Source: an uncultured Actinomycetota bacterium (GTDB lineage: Bacteria; Actinomycetota; Humimicrobiia; Humimicrobiales; Humimicrobiaceae). Taken from it: a DNA stretch of 64,000 nucleotides. A model generated the notes under the pieces. The model was not told the origin of the DNA, made no database searches, and saw nothing but the letters and a program-made list of their open reading frames with translations. This document shows, piece after piece, positions 37,603 to 47,718 of the stretch. The translations under genes were made by a program, and so were the position numbers. The stretch covers positions 292 through 64,291 of the forward strand of contig CAZBSE010000001.1 in NCBI GenBank assembly GCA_964494385.1, given 5' to 3'. Position 1 is the first letter of the stretch, and each line of letters starts with the position of its first letter.

Positions 37603-38727
37603 CTATTTAATCACAATTTTACATATTTCCATTATCAATTCTGCAAGCTTCTCTAATTGTTCAATTTTTACATACTCTTTACTTGTATGAATATTTTCCA
37701 TTCCAGCACTCAGATTAACAGCTATTTTTCCTTTAGAATTAAATATATTAATATCACTTCCACCGCCGTAAGACATAATCTTTGGTTTTAGATTTAACTT
37801 CTTTAGAGCCTTTTCTGCTACCATAACCGGTATTTCATTTTTAGAGATTTCAAATCCCTCATATTCCCTTACAATTTTATATTTTAAATCTGCACCTACC
37901 TTAGATGCGCCTTTTTTCAAGTTTTTTAGTATCATCCTCGTAATATTATTCAGTTTTGACAGTTTTAAGCTTCTTGCTTCAATTTCCAGTTTTGTATTTT
38001 CAGGTATTATATTTCTTGCCGTTCCACCCTCTATCTTTCCAATATTACAGGTACTCTCGCTATCTATTCTCCCTATTCTCATATCTGATATAGCAATAGC
38101 AGCTGCTTGTATAGAATTTATGCCCTTTTCAGGTTCTATGCCTGCATGAGTCGCCTTGCCCTTAAAATGAGCGAAAATTGAATCCTGGAACGGTGCTTTA
38201 TTTATTATTATTCCTACATCACCATCACAGTCAAATGCAAAACCGCACTTTGCTCCTATTAATCTCATATCAATATTTTTTGCTCCCAGTACACCTATTT
38301 CTTCTGAAATCGTAAATACAATAAAAATATCTCCCGTAGGAATATTTTTTTCTTTGATAACACTTAATACTTCTATAATTGATGCAACAGCAACCTTATC
38401 ATCACCGCCTAATATGCAATCTTTGTTCTTATTATATATTTTCCCATTTTTTATTACCGGTACAATATCCCCGTTTACACTAACCGTATCAAGATGCGCC
38501 GCCAGGAATAATGGTTTGCTGCCTGATGAATTTTTTGTTCTGTAAATTGCTATAATATTCCCCGCATTGCTTCCTAACTTCTTACCGCAATTATCAACTT
38601 TCACTTCAAGCCCAAGAGATTTTAATTTCTCTTTTGCATAATTGACTATTTCCTTTTCATTTTTCGAGGGACTCTTTATTCTAACCAGTTCAATAAATGT
38701 ATTTAAAAGTCTCTTTTTGTTTATCAC
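37603..38727 (-). CDS. M20-family peptidase (PepT-like tripeptidase)
   Basis: Metal ligand motifs AHLDTV, GGDDKVAVA, ISEEIG. 374 aa. Confidence 0.75.
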   Translation of the reverse strand: MINKKRLLNTFIELVRIKSPSKNEKEIVNYAKEKLKSLGLEVKVDNCGKKLGSNAGNIIAIYRTKNSSGSKPLFLAAHLDTVSVNGDIVPVIKNGKIYNKNKDCILGGDDKVAVASIIEVLSVIKEKNIPTGDIFIVFTISEEIGVLGAKNIDMRLIGAKCGFAFDCDGDVGIIINKAPFQDSIFAHFKGKATHAGIEPEKGINSIQAAAIAISDMRIGRIDSESTCNIGKIEGGTARNIIPENTKLEIEARSLKLSKLNNITRMILKNLKKGASKVGADLKYKIVREYEGFEISKNEIPVMVAEKALKKLNLKPKIMSYGGGSDINIFNSKGKIAVNLSAGMENIHTSKEYVKIEQLEKLAELIMEICKIVIK

Positions 38728-38759
38728 TTCCTGCCACCTCTTATCATTTAAAAACCTTT

Positions 38760-39491
38760 CTAAATATTTTTAATCATATTATTTTTCCTGTGCCTAAAAA
38801 TAAATACAGTATTTATGCCCATAACTAATAAACCCGCCGATATTATAATTGAGTCCCTTATGATTCTAATAAAAAAATCATAAAAAAAACCGTAAGGGAA
38901 AAGAGTAATTATAAGAGAGCCCTGAAGAAATGAATAATTTCCTTGAGGGAAAAATAAAAGGTGGAAATTATCAAACAGAACAGGAAAATTTTTTCCAAGG
39001 AGAAAAAATATAGCTGTAAATATTAGTATTATTAAAGAAGAGATTATGAATATAATGCTCAGGTTTTTAATAAAATTACCAGTATCTTTTTTTATCATAA
39101 TAAAAACTGAGATAATAAATAAAAAAATACTGGCAACATATAAAACAAATATCTTTGTCAGTAATGCCCTTACGTCCTTAAAATGGCTTATTTCCTCAGA
39201 TTCGAATACAGCTGCTCCCGTGTTGCTTTCATCACTGTATCTTACCTGATTGCTGTGTCCTGAAGAGCCAAGATCTGATTTATATTTAAAAAAATTAAAT
39301 ATCTTTAATGTCATAGTTTCCACATCATCTCTATTTAAAATCAGAAACACTCCATTATTTTCATATAAACTATCATAGTAATTTAAATTAAAAATATTAT
39401 ATGAAAGCGGGGTGAACAAAATTATAAAAATCAGAGAAACTGAACTTATAGAAATTAATAATTTCCTTATATTACTGCTTTTTAAGCTCAT
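38760..39491 (-). CDS. DUF1461/TIGR01906-family integral membrane protein (Lit-like)
   Basis: N-terminal TM. EEISHFKDVRALL and FDNFHLLFFPQGNYSF..LFPYGFF resemble the family motifs. Confidence 0.5.
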   Translation of the reverse strand: MSLKSSNIRKLLISISSVSLIFIILFTPLSYNIFNLNYYDSLYENNGVFLILNRDDVETMTLKIFNFFKYKSDLGSSGHSNQVRYSDESNTGAAVFESEEISHFKDVRALLTKIFVLYVASIFLFIISVFIMIKKDTGNFIKNLSIIFIISSLIILIFTAIFFLLGKNFPVLFDNFHLLFFPQGNYSFLQGSLIITLFPYGFFYDFFIRIIRDSIIISAGLLVMGINTVFIFRHRKNNMIKNI

Positions 39492-39494
39492 TTT

Positions 39495-41111
39495 TTAATT
39501 TGAAGAAGATGAATGTTCTATTGAAGCAGCTATAAAATCTCTGAATAAAGGATGGGGCCTGTCAGGTCTTGATTTAAATTCGGGATGGAACTGAACCGCA
39601 ACAAACCATGGATGATTTTTTATCTCAACAATTTCAGCCAAATTTTTATCCGGATTTATACCTGTTATTATAAGCCCTGCTTTTTCCAGCCTATCTTTAT
39701 AATTATTATTTAATTCATATCTATGCCTATGTCTTTCAAAAATAATTTTCTTCTTGTAAGCCTTATAAGCCGATGACCCAACCTTCAACATGCACTTATA
39801 CCTTCCCAGCCTCATTGTTCCGCCCATATTTTTTACACCTTTTTGCTCATACATTAAATCTATTACCGGATTTTTTGTATTAGGATTAAATTCGGTACTG
39901 TTTGCGTCTTTAAGTCCGAGCATATTTCTACTGAATTCAATTACTGCACACTGCATTCCAAGACATATTCCTAAAAATGGTATATTGTTCTCTCTGGCAC
40001 ATTTTATTGCATTAATTTTTCCATTTATACCTCTTATTCCAAAACCATATGGCACTATTATTCCGTCGACACTAAATAATATATTATCTCTGGGACAATT
40101 TTTATTAATCGATTCAGAATTTATCCAGACCAAATTAACATTTTTTCTGAAATAATAACCACTGTGATTTAATGATTCGACAATGCTTATGTAAGCATCC
40201 TTCAAATTTGTATATTTGCCCACTATTCCTATCTTCACTTTTCCATCAAGGTGCTCAATATCATTTACAATCTTTTTCCAAATTTTTAGATTGGATTTCT
40301 TTTGTTTGAGTTTTAATTTTGTTAAAACTCTTGAATCCAATTTTTCCTTTTGCAGCATAAGGGGTACCTTGTAAATATGTTTTACATCAATTGCTTCTAT
40401 GGTGTCTTCCTTTTCAATATCGCAGAAAAGGCTTATCTTGCTTTTAATACTATCGGTTAATCTGGTCTCGCTTCTGCATATAATTATATCAGGCTGGATA
40501 CCTATACTTCTTAGTTCTTTTACGCTATGCTGTGTCGGTTTTGATTTTAATTCTTCTGTTGCCTTTAAGTATGGGATATAAGTCACATGTATATATAGGA
40601 CATTTTCCTTCCCCACATCTTTTTTAAATTGTCTTATTGCTTCCAGGAAAGGCAGGCTTTCTATATCTCCTACAGTACCTCCTATTTCTGTAATAACTAT
40701 ATCAGTTTTTTTTCTTTGCAATGTCTTTTTTATACTTCTTTTTATTTCATCAGTAACATGTGGAATTACCTGCACGGTAGAGCCAAGAAATTTGCCTTTT
40801 CTCTCATCATCAATTACATTTTTATAAATTTTACCTGATGTAAAATTATTATATTTGGATAAATCCTCATCTATAAATCTTTCATAATGCCCCAGGTCCA
40901 GGTCTGTTTCACAGCCGTCATCGGTTACAAAAACTTCTCCATGCTGAGTAGGATTCATGGTTCCGGGATCAATATTTATATATGGGTCAAATTTTTGAAT
41001 GGTAATACTATAGCCCCTGGATTTCAGTAACCTTCCAAGTGATGCCGAGCATATGCCCTTTCCAAGTGAGGATAGTACTCCGCCTGTTACAAAAATAAAT
41101 TTAGTTTTCAA
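39495..41111 (-). CDS. pyrG: CTP synthase
   Basis: [19 protein letters not shown]. GATase domain with GICLGMQ and HRHRYE. Confidence 0.95.
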   Translation of the reverse strand: MKTKFIFVTGGVLSSLGKGICSASLGRLLKSRGYSITIQKFDPYINIDPGTMNPTQHGEVFVTDDGCETDLDLGHYERFIDEDLSKYNNFTSGKIYKNVIDDERKGKFLGSTVQVIPHVTDEIKRSIKKTLQRKKTDIVITEIGGTVGDIESLPFLEAIRQFKKDVGKENVLYIHVTYIPYLKATEELKSKPTQHSVKELRSIGIQPDIIICRSETRLTDSIKSKISLFCDIEKEDTIEAIDVKHIYKVPLMLQKEKLDSRVLTKLKLKQKKSNLKIWKKIVNDIEHLDGKVKIGIVGKYTNLKDAYISIVESLNHSGYYFRKNVNLVWINSESINKNCPRDNILFSVDGIIVPYGFGIRGINGKINAIKCARENNIPFLGICLGMQCAVIEFSRNMLGLKDANSTEFNPNTKNPVIDLMYEQKGVKNMGGTMRLGRYKCMLKVGSSAYKAYKKKIIFERHRHRYELNNNYKDRLEKAGLIITGINPDKNLAEIVEIKNHPWFVAVQFHPEFKSRPDRPHPLFRDFIAASIEHSSSSN

Positions 41112-42870
41112 TCTTTATCCTCCCCTCTAACAAATTATTTTTAATAGCCCTGCATTTCTCCATAAGTTCTTCGGCATGCAGCACGGAAATATTACTTTCT
41201 TCCATTCCGCTTATCATACGGGATATTTCGCTTATCTTATCCGGTAAATCCAGTTTCTTGATCCTTATTTTTGTTCTGTTTTTTTCTATAAATTTATCAA
41301 TAAAGTAGTGAGAGTCTGAAAAACAGGCTATTTGCGCCAGGTGAGTAATAGCTATTACCTGACAATTTTTAGAAATTTTGAATAATTTTTCACCTACTAC
41401 CAGTGATACCGCACCTCCTATGCCTGCATCTATCTCGTCAAATATCATTGTCGTAATATTATCAACTGAGCCAATAACCGATTTAAGTGCAAGCATAATC
41501 CTTGATATTTCACCGCCTGAGGCTATTTTTCTTAGAGGCCTTTCCGGTTCTCCCACATTAAGAGAAATTAAAAACTCTATATTGTCTATACCTTTCCTGC
41601 TTAACTTAATTTTTTTTCCATCAATTACTATATCATTATCTCCTTCCAGCAGTTTATGGAGAGTTTTGAAAGAAACAGATTTAAAGCCAAGATCAGACAT
41701 TTCATAAGTCACTTCTTTTCCAAGATTTTCTATTATATCTTTTCTTAAATCACTCAGGAGTACTGCTTTTCTTATCAGGATATTCTTACTGTCTTCATAT
41801 TCAGCCTGTTTTCTTTCAATATCATTGTCCAGATCCTCAAAACTTTCTATTTCTTTTTTTACTTTTTTTCCGTATTCATTAATCAAGTTCAGATCCAGAT
41901 TATACTTCTTTTTTATTTCTGAAAACTTATAAAGTCTTTCCTGAATTCCATCCAATCTCTCGGCACTGAAGTCAAAATCAGCAACGTAGCTATTTAAATA
42001 ATGGCTCATCTCTCCAAAAAAATCACTCATTGAAGAAAGCTTTTCATTAAATTTTTTAAAATTCAGGTCAATTCCGGCTAGTTCACTAATATTTTTATCC
42101 AGGATTGCTATATTATTACTCAATGAAACTGCATTATCTTCATTACCACCTATTATATCCTTGCATTCAGATGCTAACTTGTATATTTTTTCATAATTTT
42201 TAAGAATTCTTATCTCATTTTCTAAAGTCTCTTCTTCATTATCCTTTATATCCAATTCTTTTATTTCTTTATACCTGAAGTTCAGGTCGCTTAATTTTTC
42301 TTCTCTTATATTTTTTAATTCCTTTAGCTTTTTAAGTTCCATCTTATTTACTGTGTACTGCTCCAGACTTTTCAGATAATCTTTTAGTGCATCCGAGATA
42401 ATATTTTTTCCAAATTTATCTATTATCTCCATATGAGTTTTTGATTCCAGTAAATACTGGTGATCATGCTGCCCGTGGATATCTATAAAAAATTGGCTTA
42501 AATTTTTTAGGGTGCTGACCTGAGTAAATATTCCATTTATAAATGCCCTATTTTTCCCTATTCGATTAACTTCCCTGCTTACGACTATATCATCGCCGTC
42601 ATCCATGCTTTCTACTAGATTTTTAGATTTCAAATAATTTATTGCCGCAGGATTTCTTCTAAAATCAAAATATCCCTGAACCATCAGTTTATCTTCATTA
42701 TCCCTTATTAAATCAATGCTGGCACGTTCGCCTATTAATAAATTTATAGCTTCAATAATAAGTGTCTTCCCGGCACCTGTTTCCCCTGTCAGAACGTTAA
42801 GCCCTTTTTGGAATTTTATTCTGGCATCATCTATTATGGCAAAATTTTTAACCTGTAGTTCTTTTAACAT
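41101..42870 (-). CDS. recN: DNA repair protein RecN
   Basis: Walker [11 protein letters not shown], long coiled coil, SMC-like C-terminus ([23 protein letters not shown]). Confidence 0.93.
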   Translation of the reverse strand: MLKELQVKNFAIIDDARIKFQKGLNVLTGETGAGKTLIIEAINLLIGERASIDLIRDNEDKLMVQGYFDFRRNPAAINYLKSKNLVESMDDGDDIVVSREVNRIGKNRAFINGIFTQVSTLKNLSQFFIDIHGQHDHQYLLESKTHMEIIDKFGKNIISDALKDYLKSLEQYTVNKMELKKLKELKNIREEKLSDLNFRYKEIKELDIKDNEEETLENEIRILKNYEKIYKLASECKDIIGGNEDNAVSLSNNIAILDKNISELAGIDLNFKKFNEKLSSMSDFFGEMSHYLNSYVADFDFSAERLDGIQERLYKFSEIKKKYNLDLNLINEYGKKVKKEIESFEDLDNDIERKQAEYEDSKNILIRKAVLLSDLRKDIIENLGKEVTYEMSDLGFKSVSFKTLHKLLEGDNDIVIDGKKIKLSRKGIDNIEFLISLNVGEPERPLRKIASGGEISRIMLALKSVIGSVDNITTMIFDEIDAGIGGAVSLVVGEKLFKISKNCQVIAITHLAQIACFSDSHYFIDKFIEKNRTKIRIKKLDLPDKISEISRMISGMEESNISVLHAEELMEKCRAIKNNLLEGRIKIEN

Positions 42871-42898
42871 AAATTAAGATAATTTAATATTTTAAAGA

Positions 42899-43768
42899 TT
42901 AAATTCTTTCAATAAATTTTTCCTTAAAAACTTTGAAAAACATATCTTTGCTAAAAGATATAATTTTTAACTTTAATCTCGATTTTTTCACCCTGAATAT
43001 ATAATCTTCTCTGATATTTAAAGATTTTATTTTACCGTCAATCCCAACACTATCTTTATTGTTTTTCGAATTTACCTTTATTTCCAGATTGTTATCAGGA
43101 CTTAAAATTATACTCCTGCTTAACAGTGTATGGGGACATATAGGAGTTATTATTATTACCTCACTTTTGGGCTCCACAATCGGTCCTCCTGCGGAAAGAG
43201 AATAAGCCGTAGAACCTGTGGGGGTAGAAATTATTATTCCGTCCGCATCAAAACTTTTTATTGATATTCCATTTACCATTATTTCAAATTTTATTATTTT
43301 TCCAAGCATTGTTCTGGTTATGGTAAATTCATTTAATGCTATGTGGTATAAGCCTAAATTATCTATTATTTTCTTACCCTTGAAGAATCTTCCTTCCAGA
43401 AGCATCCTCTCTTCTATATCGTAACTTCCTTTTAAAACATTGTCTATAGCACAGTAAATGTTTTTGGTGTCAACAGCGGTTAAGAATCCAAGGTTTCCTA
43501 CGTTAATCCCCATTACTGGAATCTCATGCTCAAAACAGTACCTCGAAGCCCTTAAAAACGTCCCATCTCCCCCAACCGATATTATCATCTCACTTCTTGA
43601 ACTAAACTCTTTTTCGGAAACAGAAGGAAGAGAATATTTCTCCGGTATTTTATCAATATCCATAAGAAGAACCTTGATATTTTTATCGGTCAGGTATTCA
43701 TATATCTTAATAGCAATCTTAATTGCTTCTTTTTTCTCATTATTAGTAACTATGCCAATATTTTTCAT
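42899..43768 (-). CDS. nadK: NAD kinase
   Basis: GGDGT motif and NadK-like C-terminal beta domain (TPTGSTAYSLSAGGPIV). Confidence 0.9.
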   Translation of the reverse strand: MKNIGIVTNNEKKEAIKIAIKIYEYLTDKNIKVLLMDIDKIPEKYSLPSVSEKEFSSRSEMIISVGGDGTFLRASRYCFEHEIPVMGINVGNLGFLTAVDTKNIYCAIDNVLKGSYDIEERMLLEGRFFKGKKIIDNLGLYHIALNEFTITRTMLGKIIKFEIMVNGISIKSFDADGIIISTPTGSTAYSLSAGGPIVEPKSEVIIITPICPHTLLSRSIILSPDNNLEIKVNSKNNKDSVGIDGKIKSLNIREDYIFRVKKSRLKLKIISFSKDMFFKVFKEKFIERI

Positions 43769-44484
43769 TCTATTACCGCCTGTTTATGATTAAAGTAAAT
43801 ATGAGCATTACTTACAGTGTTTTTAATTATTTTATCATAATTTATTACAGATTTAGCTTGTTCAGAACATTTTTCCAAAAAAATCCAGAACTCAATATTA
43901 CCTTTAGAGCCCTTTAACTTAGAAAAAGTAAAGTTACAAATTCTTACCGGGTAATTCTCAATGAATTTAGCCATATCCAATAATACCTTTAAATGAAGCT
44001 TCCTGTCTCTAATTATACCTTTACTTTCAACCTCTTTTTTTTTTAATTCAAATTGTGGTTTTATCAGCAGCAGTATTTCGCCATTTTCTTTTGTAAGTTC
44101 CAATATTTTACCGAATATTTTTTTAATGGAAATAAATGATACATCTACTACCGTAAAATCCGAAACAAAAGGAACTCTGCTTGTATCAAAATGGCGTACA
44201 TTTGTCCTTTCAAAAAGAATTATATGTGGTGAATTTCTTAATTCCCAGCATAACTGGCCGTACCCAACATCAATATCTATTATTTTATCTGCTCCGTTCT
44301 TTAATAAAAAATCAGTAAATCCTCCTGTTGACGAACCAATATCCACTGCCTTCTTCCCTTTAATACATAGCTTTAAATCCTTAAACGCTCTTTCTAATTT
44401 TAGACCTCCTCTGGAAACATACTGGTTCTTTGGAATTATTTCTATTTCTGAATTTAAATCCACAGACATACCAGGCTTATCCAT
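43765..44484 (-). CDS. tlyA: TlyA-family rRNA 2'-O-methyltransferase
   Basis: FtsJ-like core (VSRGGLKLERAF, DIGSSTGGFTD). An in-frame S4-domain sequence continues upstream to ~44598 with no ATG/GTG/TTG, so the true start is probably ATT/ATA near the ispA stop. Confidence 0.85.
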   Translation of the reverse strand: MDKPGMSVDLNSEIEIIPKNQYVSRGGLKLERAFKDLKLCIKGKKAVDIGSSTGGFTDFLLKNGADKIIDIDVGYGQLCWELRNSPHIILFERTNVRHFDTSRVPFVSDFTVVDVSFISIKKIFGKILELTKENGEILLLIKPQFELKKKEVESKGIIRDRKLHLKVLLDMAKFIENYPVRICNFTFSKLKGSKGNIEFWIFLEKCSEQAKSVINYDKIIKNTVSNAHIYFNHKQAVIE

Positions 44485-44603
44485 AACTTTACCATTAACT
44501 TTTACTCTCCCTTCCAGAATCAGCGAGTATGCGGCTCTCTCTGTTTTAGACAGTTTTCTTTTTAAAAGAACAGTTATTATTTTACACTTATTGTTAATAT
44601 TTA

Positions 44604-45512
44604 TTATACCTTTCTTAATAGTAAAAATCTTGCTATATCAACCAGCCATTTATATTCAATATCCATACTTTTTATTACATCTATAGCTTTTTCAATTTTT
44701 TCTTCAGCAATTTTTTTTGACCTTGAAACTCCCCATATATGAGGAAAGGTATTCTTTTTTTGTAAGACATCTTTCCCTACTGTCTTTCCTGCCATACGTT
44801 TATTTGAAGTTATATCAAGAATATCATCTGTTATCTGAAAAGCCAGTCCTAAATTTTTTGAATATTCGGTTAATTTCTTTAATACATCCATACCTGCGCC
44901 GCATAAAACAGCTGCACACCTTACAGATGCAGTTATCAATTTCCCTGTTTTATTTGTATGCATGTACTCCAATCTATGACTGCTTATTTTTTTACCTGTA
45001 AAATATACATCTATTATCTGGCCGGCAACCATACCGCAGGCACCAGTTGCATCAGTAATCTCACCGATAACCTTAACTTTTTTTTCATAATCTGAATTTT
45101 GATATTTTATTATTATACTAAAAGCTTCCGCAAATAGGGCATCTCCGGTCAATATGGCTATATCTTCACCAAATTTTTTATGACAGGTAAGTTTCCCCCT
45201 TCTCATATCATCATTATCCATGGAAGGAAGATCGTCATGTATCAGTGAGTAGGTATGTATAAATTCTATGGCACAGGCAGTAGGCAGCACCATCCTGTAA
45301 TCTTTACCCATACTCTTTGCAGTCAGAAGACACAATATGGGCCTGAATCTTTTCCCTCCGTTTTCTATGCTGTAATTAATTGATTTCTGTAAAATTGAGG
45401 GACACTCGTTATATTTTTTAATATAGTATCCCAGCCTTTTATTTACTTCTTTTAATAAAAAACCAGGATACAGCCTATTTACTCCCGGATTATATTTCTT
45501 TGAATCAACCAT
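44604..45512 (-). CDS. ispA: (2E,6E)-farnesyl/geranylgeranyl diphosphate synthase
   Basis: FARM (LIHDDLPSMDNDDMRRG) and SARM (FQITDDILD) motifs. Confidence 0.9.
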   Translation of the reverse strand: MVDSKKYNPGVNRLYPGFLLKEVNKRLGYYIKKYNECPSILQKSINYSIENGGKRFRPILCLLTAKSMGKDYRMVLPTACAIEFIHTYSLIHDDLPSMDNDDMRRGKLTCHKKFGEDIAILTGDALFAEAFSIIIKYQNSDYEKKVKVIGEITDATGACGMVAGQIIDVYFTGKKISSHRLEYMHTNKTGKLITASVRCAAVLCGAGMDVLKKLTEYSKNLGLAFQITDDILDITSNKRMAGKTVGKDVLQKKNTFPHIWGVSRSKKIAEEKIEKAIDVIKSMDIEYKWLVDIARFLLLRKV

Positions 45513-45536
45513 ATTTACAGCTTAACAGTAATAATT

Positions 45537-45944
45537 CTAATTATTTATATCGCTTAAAATTTTTCCCAGAACACCGTTTACAAACTTTGGCGTATCTTCT
45601 TTTTGCCCCATGCTTTTCGCAATTTCAATGGCTTCGTCTACCGATACTTTCAATGGTATATCATCCTCATACAGCATTTCATAAATTGCTATTCTCAGAA
45701 TATTTCTGTCAATAATTGCTATTCTTTCAAGAGTCCAGTTCTCTACAACGTTTTTTATAATCTGGTCAATTCTTTCCTTGTATTTACTCACTCCTTTAAC
45801 AAGTTTTAAAGTAAATTCGTCATATTCCCTGCCTGCCAGTAAATTATTATTTATTATATCTATTATATTTTTATCCAGTAAATCTTTCTGATACAGAAGG
45901 ATCACTGCATTCTCTCTGCTTTTTCTTCTTGTTATTTTAGGCAT
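45537..45944 (-). CDS. nusB: Transcription antitermination factor NusB
   Basis: 135 aa. RRKSRENAVILLYQ N-terminus and NusB fold-length sequence. Confidence 0.9.
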   Translation of the reverse strand: MPKITRRKSRENAVILLYQKDLLDKNIIDIINNNLLAGREYDEFTLKLVKGVSKYKERIDQIIKNVVENWTLERIAIIDRNILRIAIYEMLYEDDIPLKVSVDEAIEIAKSMGQKEDTPKFVNGVLGKILSDINN

Positions 45945-45968
45945 ATTGATAAAAATTATAAGATTTTA

Positions 45969-46529
45969 TCAGGCACCTTTCCGTGTTATATATTCGCCTG
46001 TCCTGGTATCTATTTTTATGGTATCGCCCACATTAATAAATAGGGGAACCTGTATTTTTGCGCCTGTTTCTATTTCAGCAGGCTTATAACTTGAACTCAC
46101 GGAATCGCCTTTTATCCCCGGCTCCGTTTTAATAACCTTTACCTCGATAAAAATAGGAAGTTCAATTGATACAGGTTTACCTTTATAAAAAATAACTTCA
46201 ATTTCTATATTTTCTAACAAATAATCTTTTTTTTCATCAATAATAATTTTATTCAATTGAATCTGCTCATAAGATTTGGTGTCCATGAAATTATAATACT
46301 CATCTTTATATAGAAACTGCATTTTTCTGGTTTCAAGTATTGCCTGCTCCATTTTTTCACCGGCCCTAAAAGTTTTATCAATAATGGCTCCCGTGCTTAA
46401 GTCTTTCAACTTGGTCCTGACGAAAGCACCGCCTTTCCCCGGCTTAACATGCTGAAAATATAATATTTTGTAAAGAAAGTTTTTATATATTATAGTCAAT
46501 CCGTTCTTGAAATCACTTGTACTTATCAT
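45969..46529 (-). CDS. efp: Elongation factor P
   Basis: MISTSDFKNG...VKPGKGGAFVRTKLK. Start set at the ATG 7 nt after GGAAG. The track ORF extends to 46577. Confidence 0.93.
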   Translation of the reverse strand: MISTSDFKNGLTIIYKNFLYKILYFQHVKPGKGGAFVRTKLKDLSTGAIIDKTFRAGEKMEQAILETRKMQFLYKDEYYNFMDTKSYEQIQLNKIIIDEKKDYLLENIEIEVIFYKGKPVSIELPIFIEVKVIKTEPGIKGDSVSSSYKPAEIETGAKIQVPLFINVGDTIKIDTRTGEYITRKGA

Positions 46530-46560
46530 ATTTTGTCTTCCTTTTTTGTAATCTGATATA

Positions 46561-47673
46561 TTAACCCAGAACAACAAAATTTTTCGTGGAACTATAAAGC
46601 ACTTCGCATTTGTTTTTATCTACTACTACCATATCCTCTATTCTTATACCGCCAATATTCTCTATATATATACCAGGCTCTATGGTTATTACCATATTCT
46701 TTTTTAAAGTCGTTCTGCTTCTGCTGTTAACTACCGGTTGTTCGTGTACTTCCAATCCGACACCATGGCCAAGCCCATGTCCAAAATTATTTCCATATCC
46801 TTTGGAAGCTATATATCCCCTTGCTATCTTATCAAGATGGCTGCAGCTTATACCTTCCCTGCAATTTTTAATTGCCAGTAACTGTGCCTTTAAAACTATA
46901 TCATAAATTTTTTTAAATTCATTATAGATTTTGCCATTTCTTAAAAAAATCGTTCTTGTTATATCGGAACAATAATTTTTAAATCTGCACCCGAAATCCA
47001 TAACTACGGGTCCGTCAATCAATTTTAACTTTCCTGGTAAATAATGAGGCATAGATGAATTTTTTCCACCTGCAACTATTGTGTCAAATGATCTCCCATC
47101 TGAACCATTCTTTATAAAAAGTTCTTCAATCTTATATGCCAGTTCTATTTCCGATAATTTATTTATATTATAACCGCTTGAATTTATTAAACTATTAAAA
47201 ACTTTATCAGTGATCCGGCACACATCTCTAATTTTATTTATCTCTGTTTTGTCCTTAACTTCCCTTAATTTTTCAACTATTCCATCGATATTTATCAATT
47301 TTTTATTTTGTTTGGATAATATCTTTTCTAATTTGCAAAAATCAGAAAAATTGATATTCATACCTTCAAATCCAAGAAGTCTTGAATAATAATTTTCTAA
47401 AATTTCCGCAAGAGTTTTAAATTTATCTTTCCGGCAGCAGATAATATTTATGTTTTTATTTTTAATGGATTTTCTGGATTGTTCCAGGTAAATTAAATTG
47501 ACTAAAAGATGGAGCCTATCATCTGTAATCAGCAACAAGCTTCCCGAATCTTTTCCGTAGAAACCTGTTAGATATAAAATATTCTGGTCTCTGGTTACCA
47601 AAAAATTTTGAATTTTTCTTACATCTAAAAGACTTTTTAACTTTTTAATTCTGGAGCTATATAATTCAAACAA
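46561..47673 (-). CDS. pepP: Xaa-Pro aminopeptidase (M24B)
   Basis: Creatinase-like N-terminal domain plus pita-bread fold with HGLGHGVGLEVHE and IEPGIY. Confidence 0.88.
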   Translation of the reverse strand: MFELYSSRIKKLKSLLDVRKIQNFLVTRDQNILYLTGFYGKDSGSLLLITDDRLHLLVNLIYLEQSRKSIKNKNINIICCRKDKFKTLAEILENYYSRLLGFEGMNINFSDFCKLEKILSKQNKKLINIDGIVEKLREVKDKTEINKIRDVCRITDKVFNSLINSSGYNINKLSEIELAYKIEELFIKNGSDGRSFDTIVAGGKNSSMPHYLPGKLKLIDGPVVMDFGCRFKNYCSDITRTIFLRNGKIYNEFKKIYDIVLKAQLLAIKNCREGISCSHLDKIARGYIASKGYGNNFGHGLGHGVGLEVHEQPVVNSRSRTTLKKNMVITIEPGIYIENIGGIRIEDMVVVDKNKCEVLYSSTKNFVVLG

Positions 47674-47718
47674 TTTTACTTTAATTTTTTCTAGTACGCC
47701 TTATATTCAAATATTATA

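Noticed and set aside
42871-42898. SOS (LexA/Cheo) box expected upstream of recN
   Set aside because: No GAAC-N4-GTTC-like motif is present in the 28-nt gap. recN is probably co-transcribed with nadK.
44126-44686. 186-aa plus-strand ORF
   Set aside because: It is antisense to tlyA and the ispA 3' end. Both minus-strand genes have clear family motifs, and the plus-strand translation has none.
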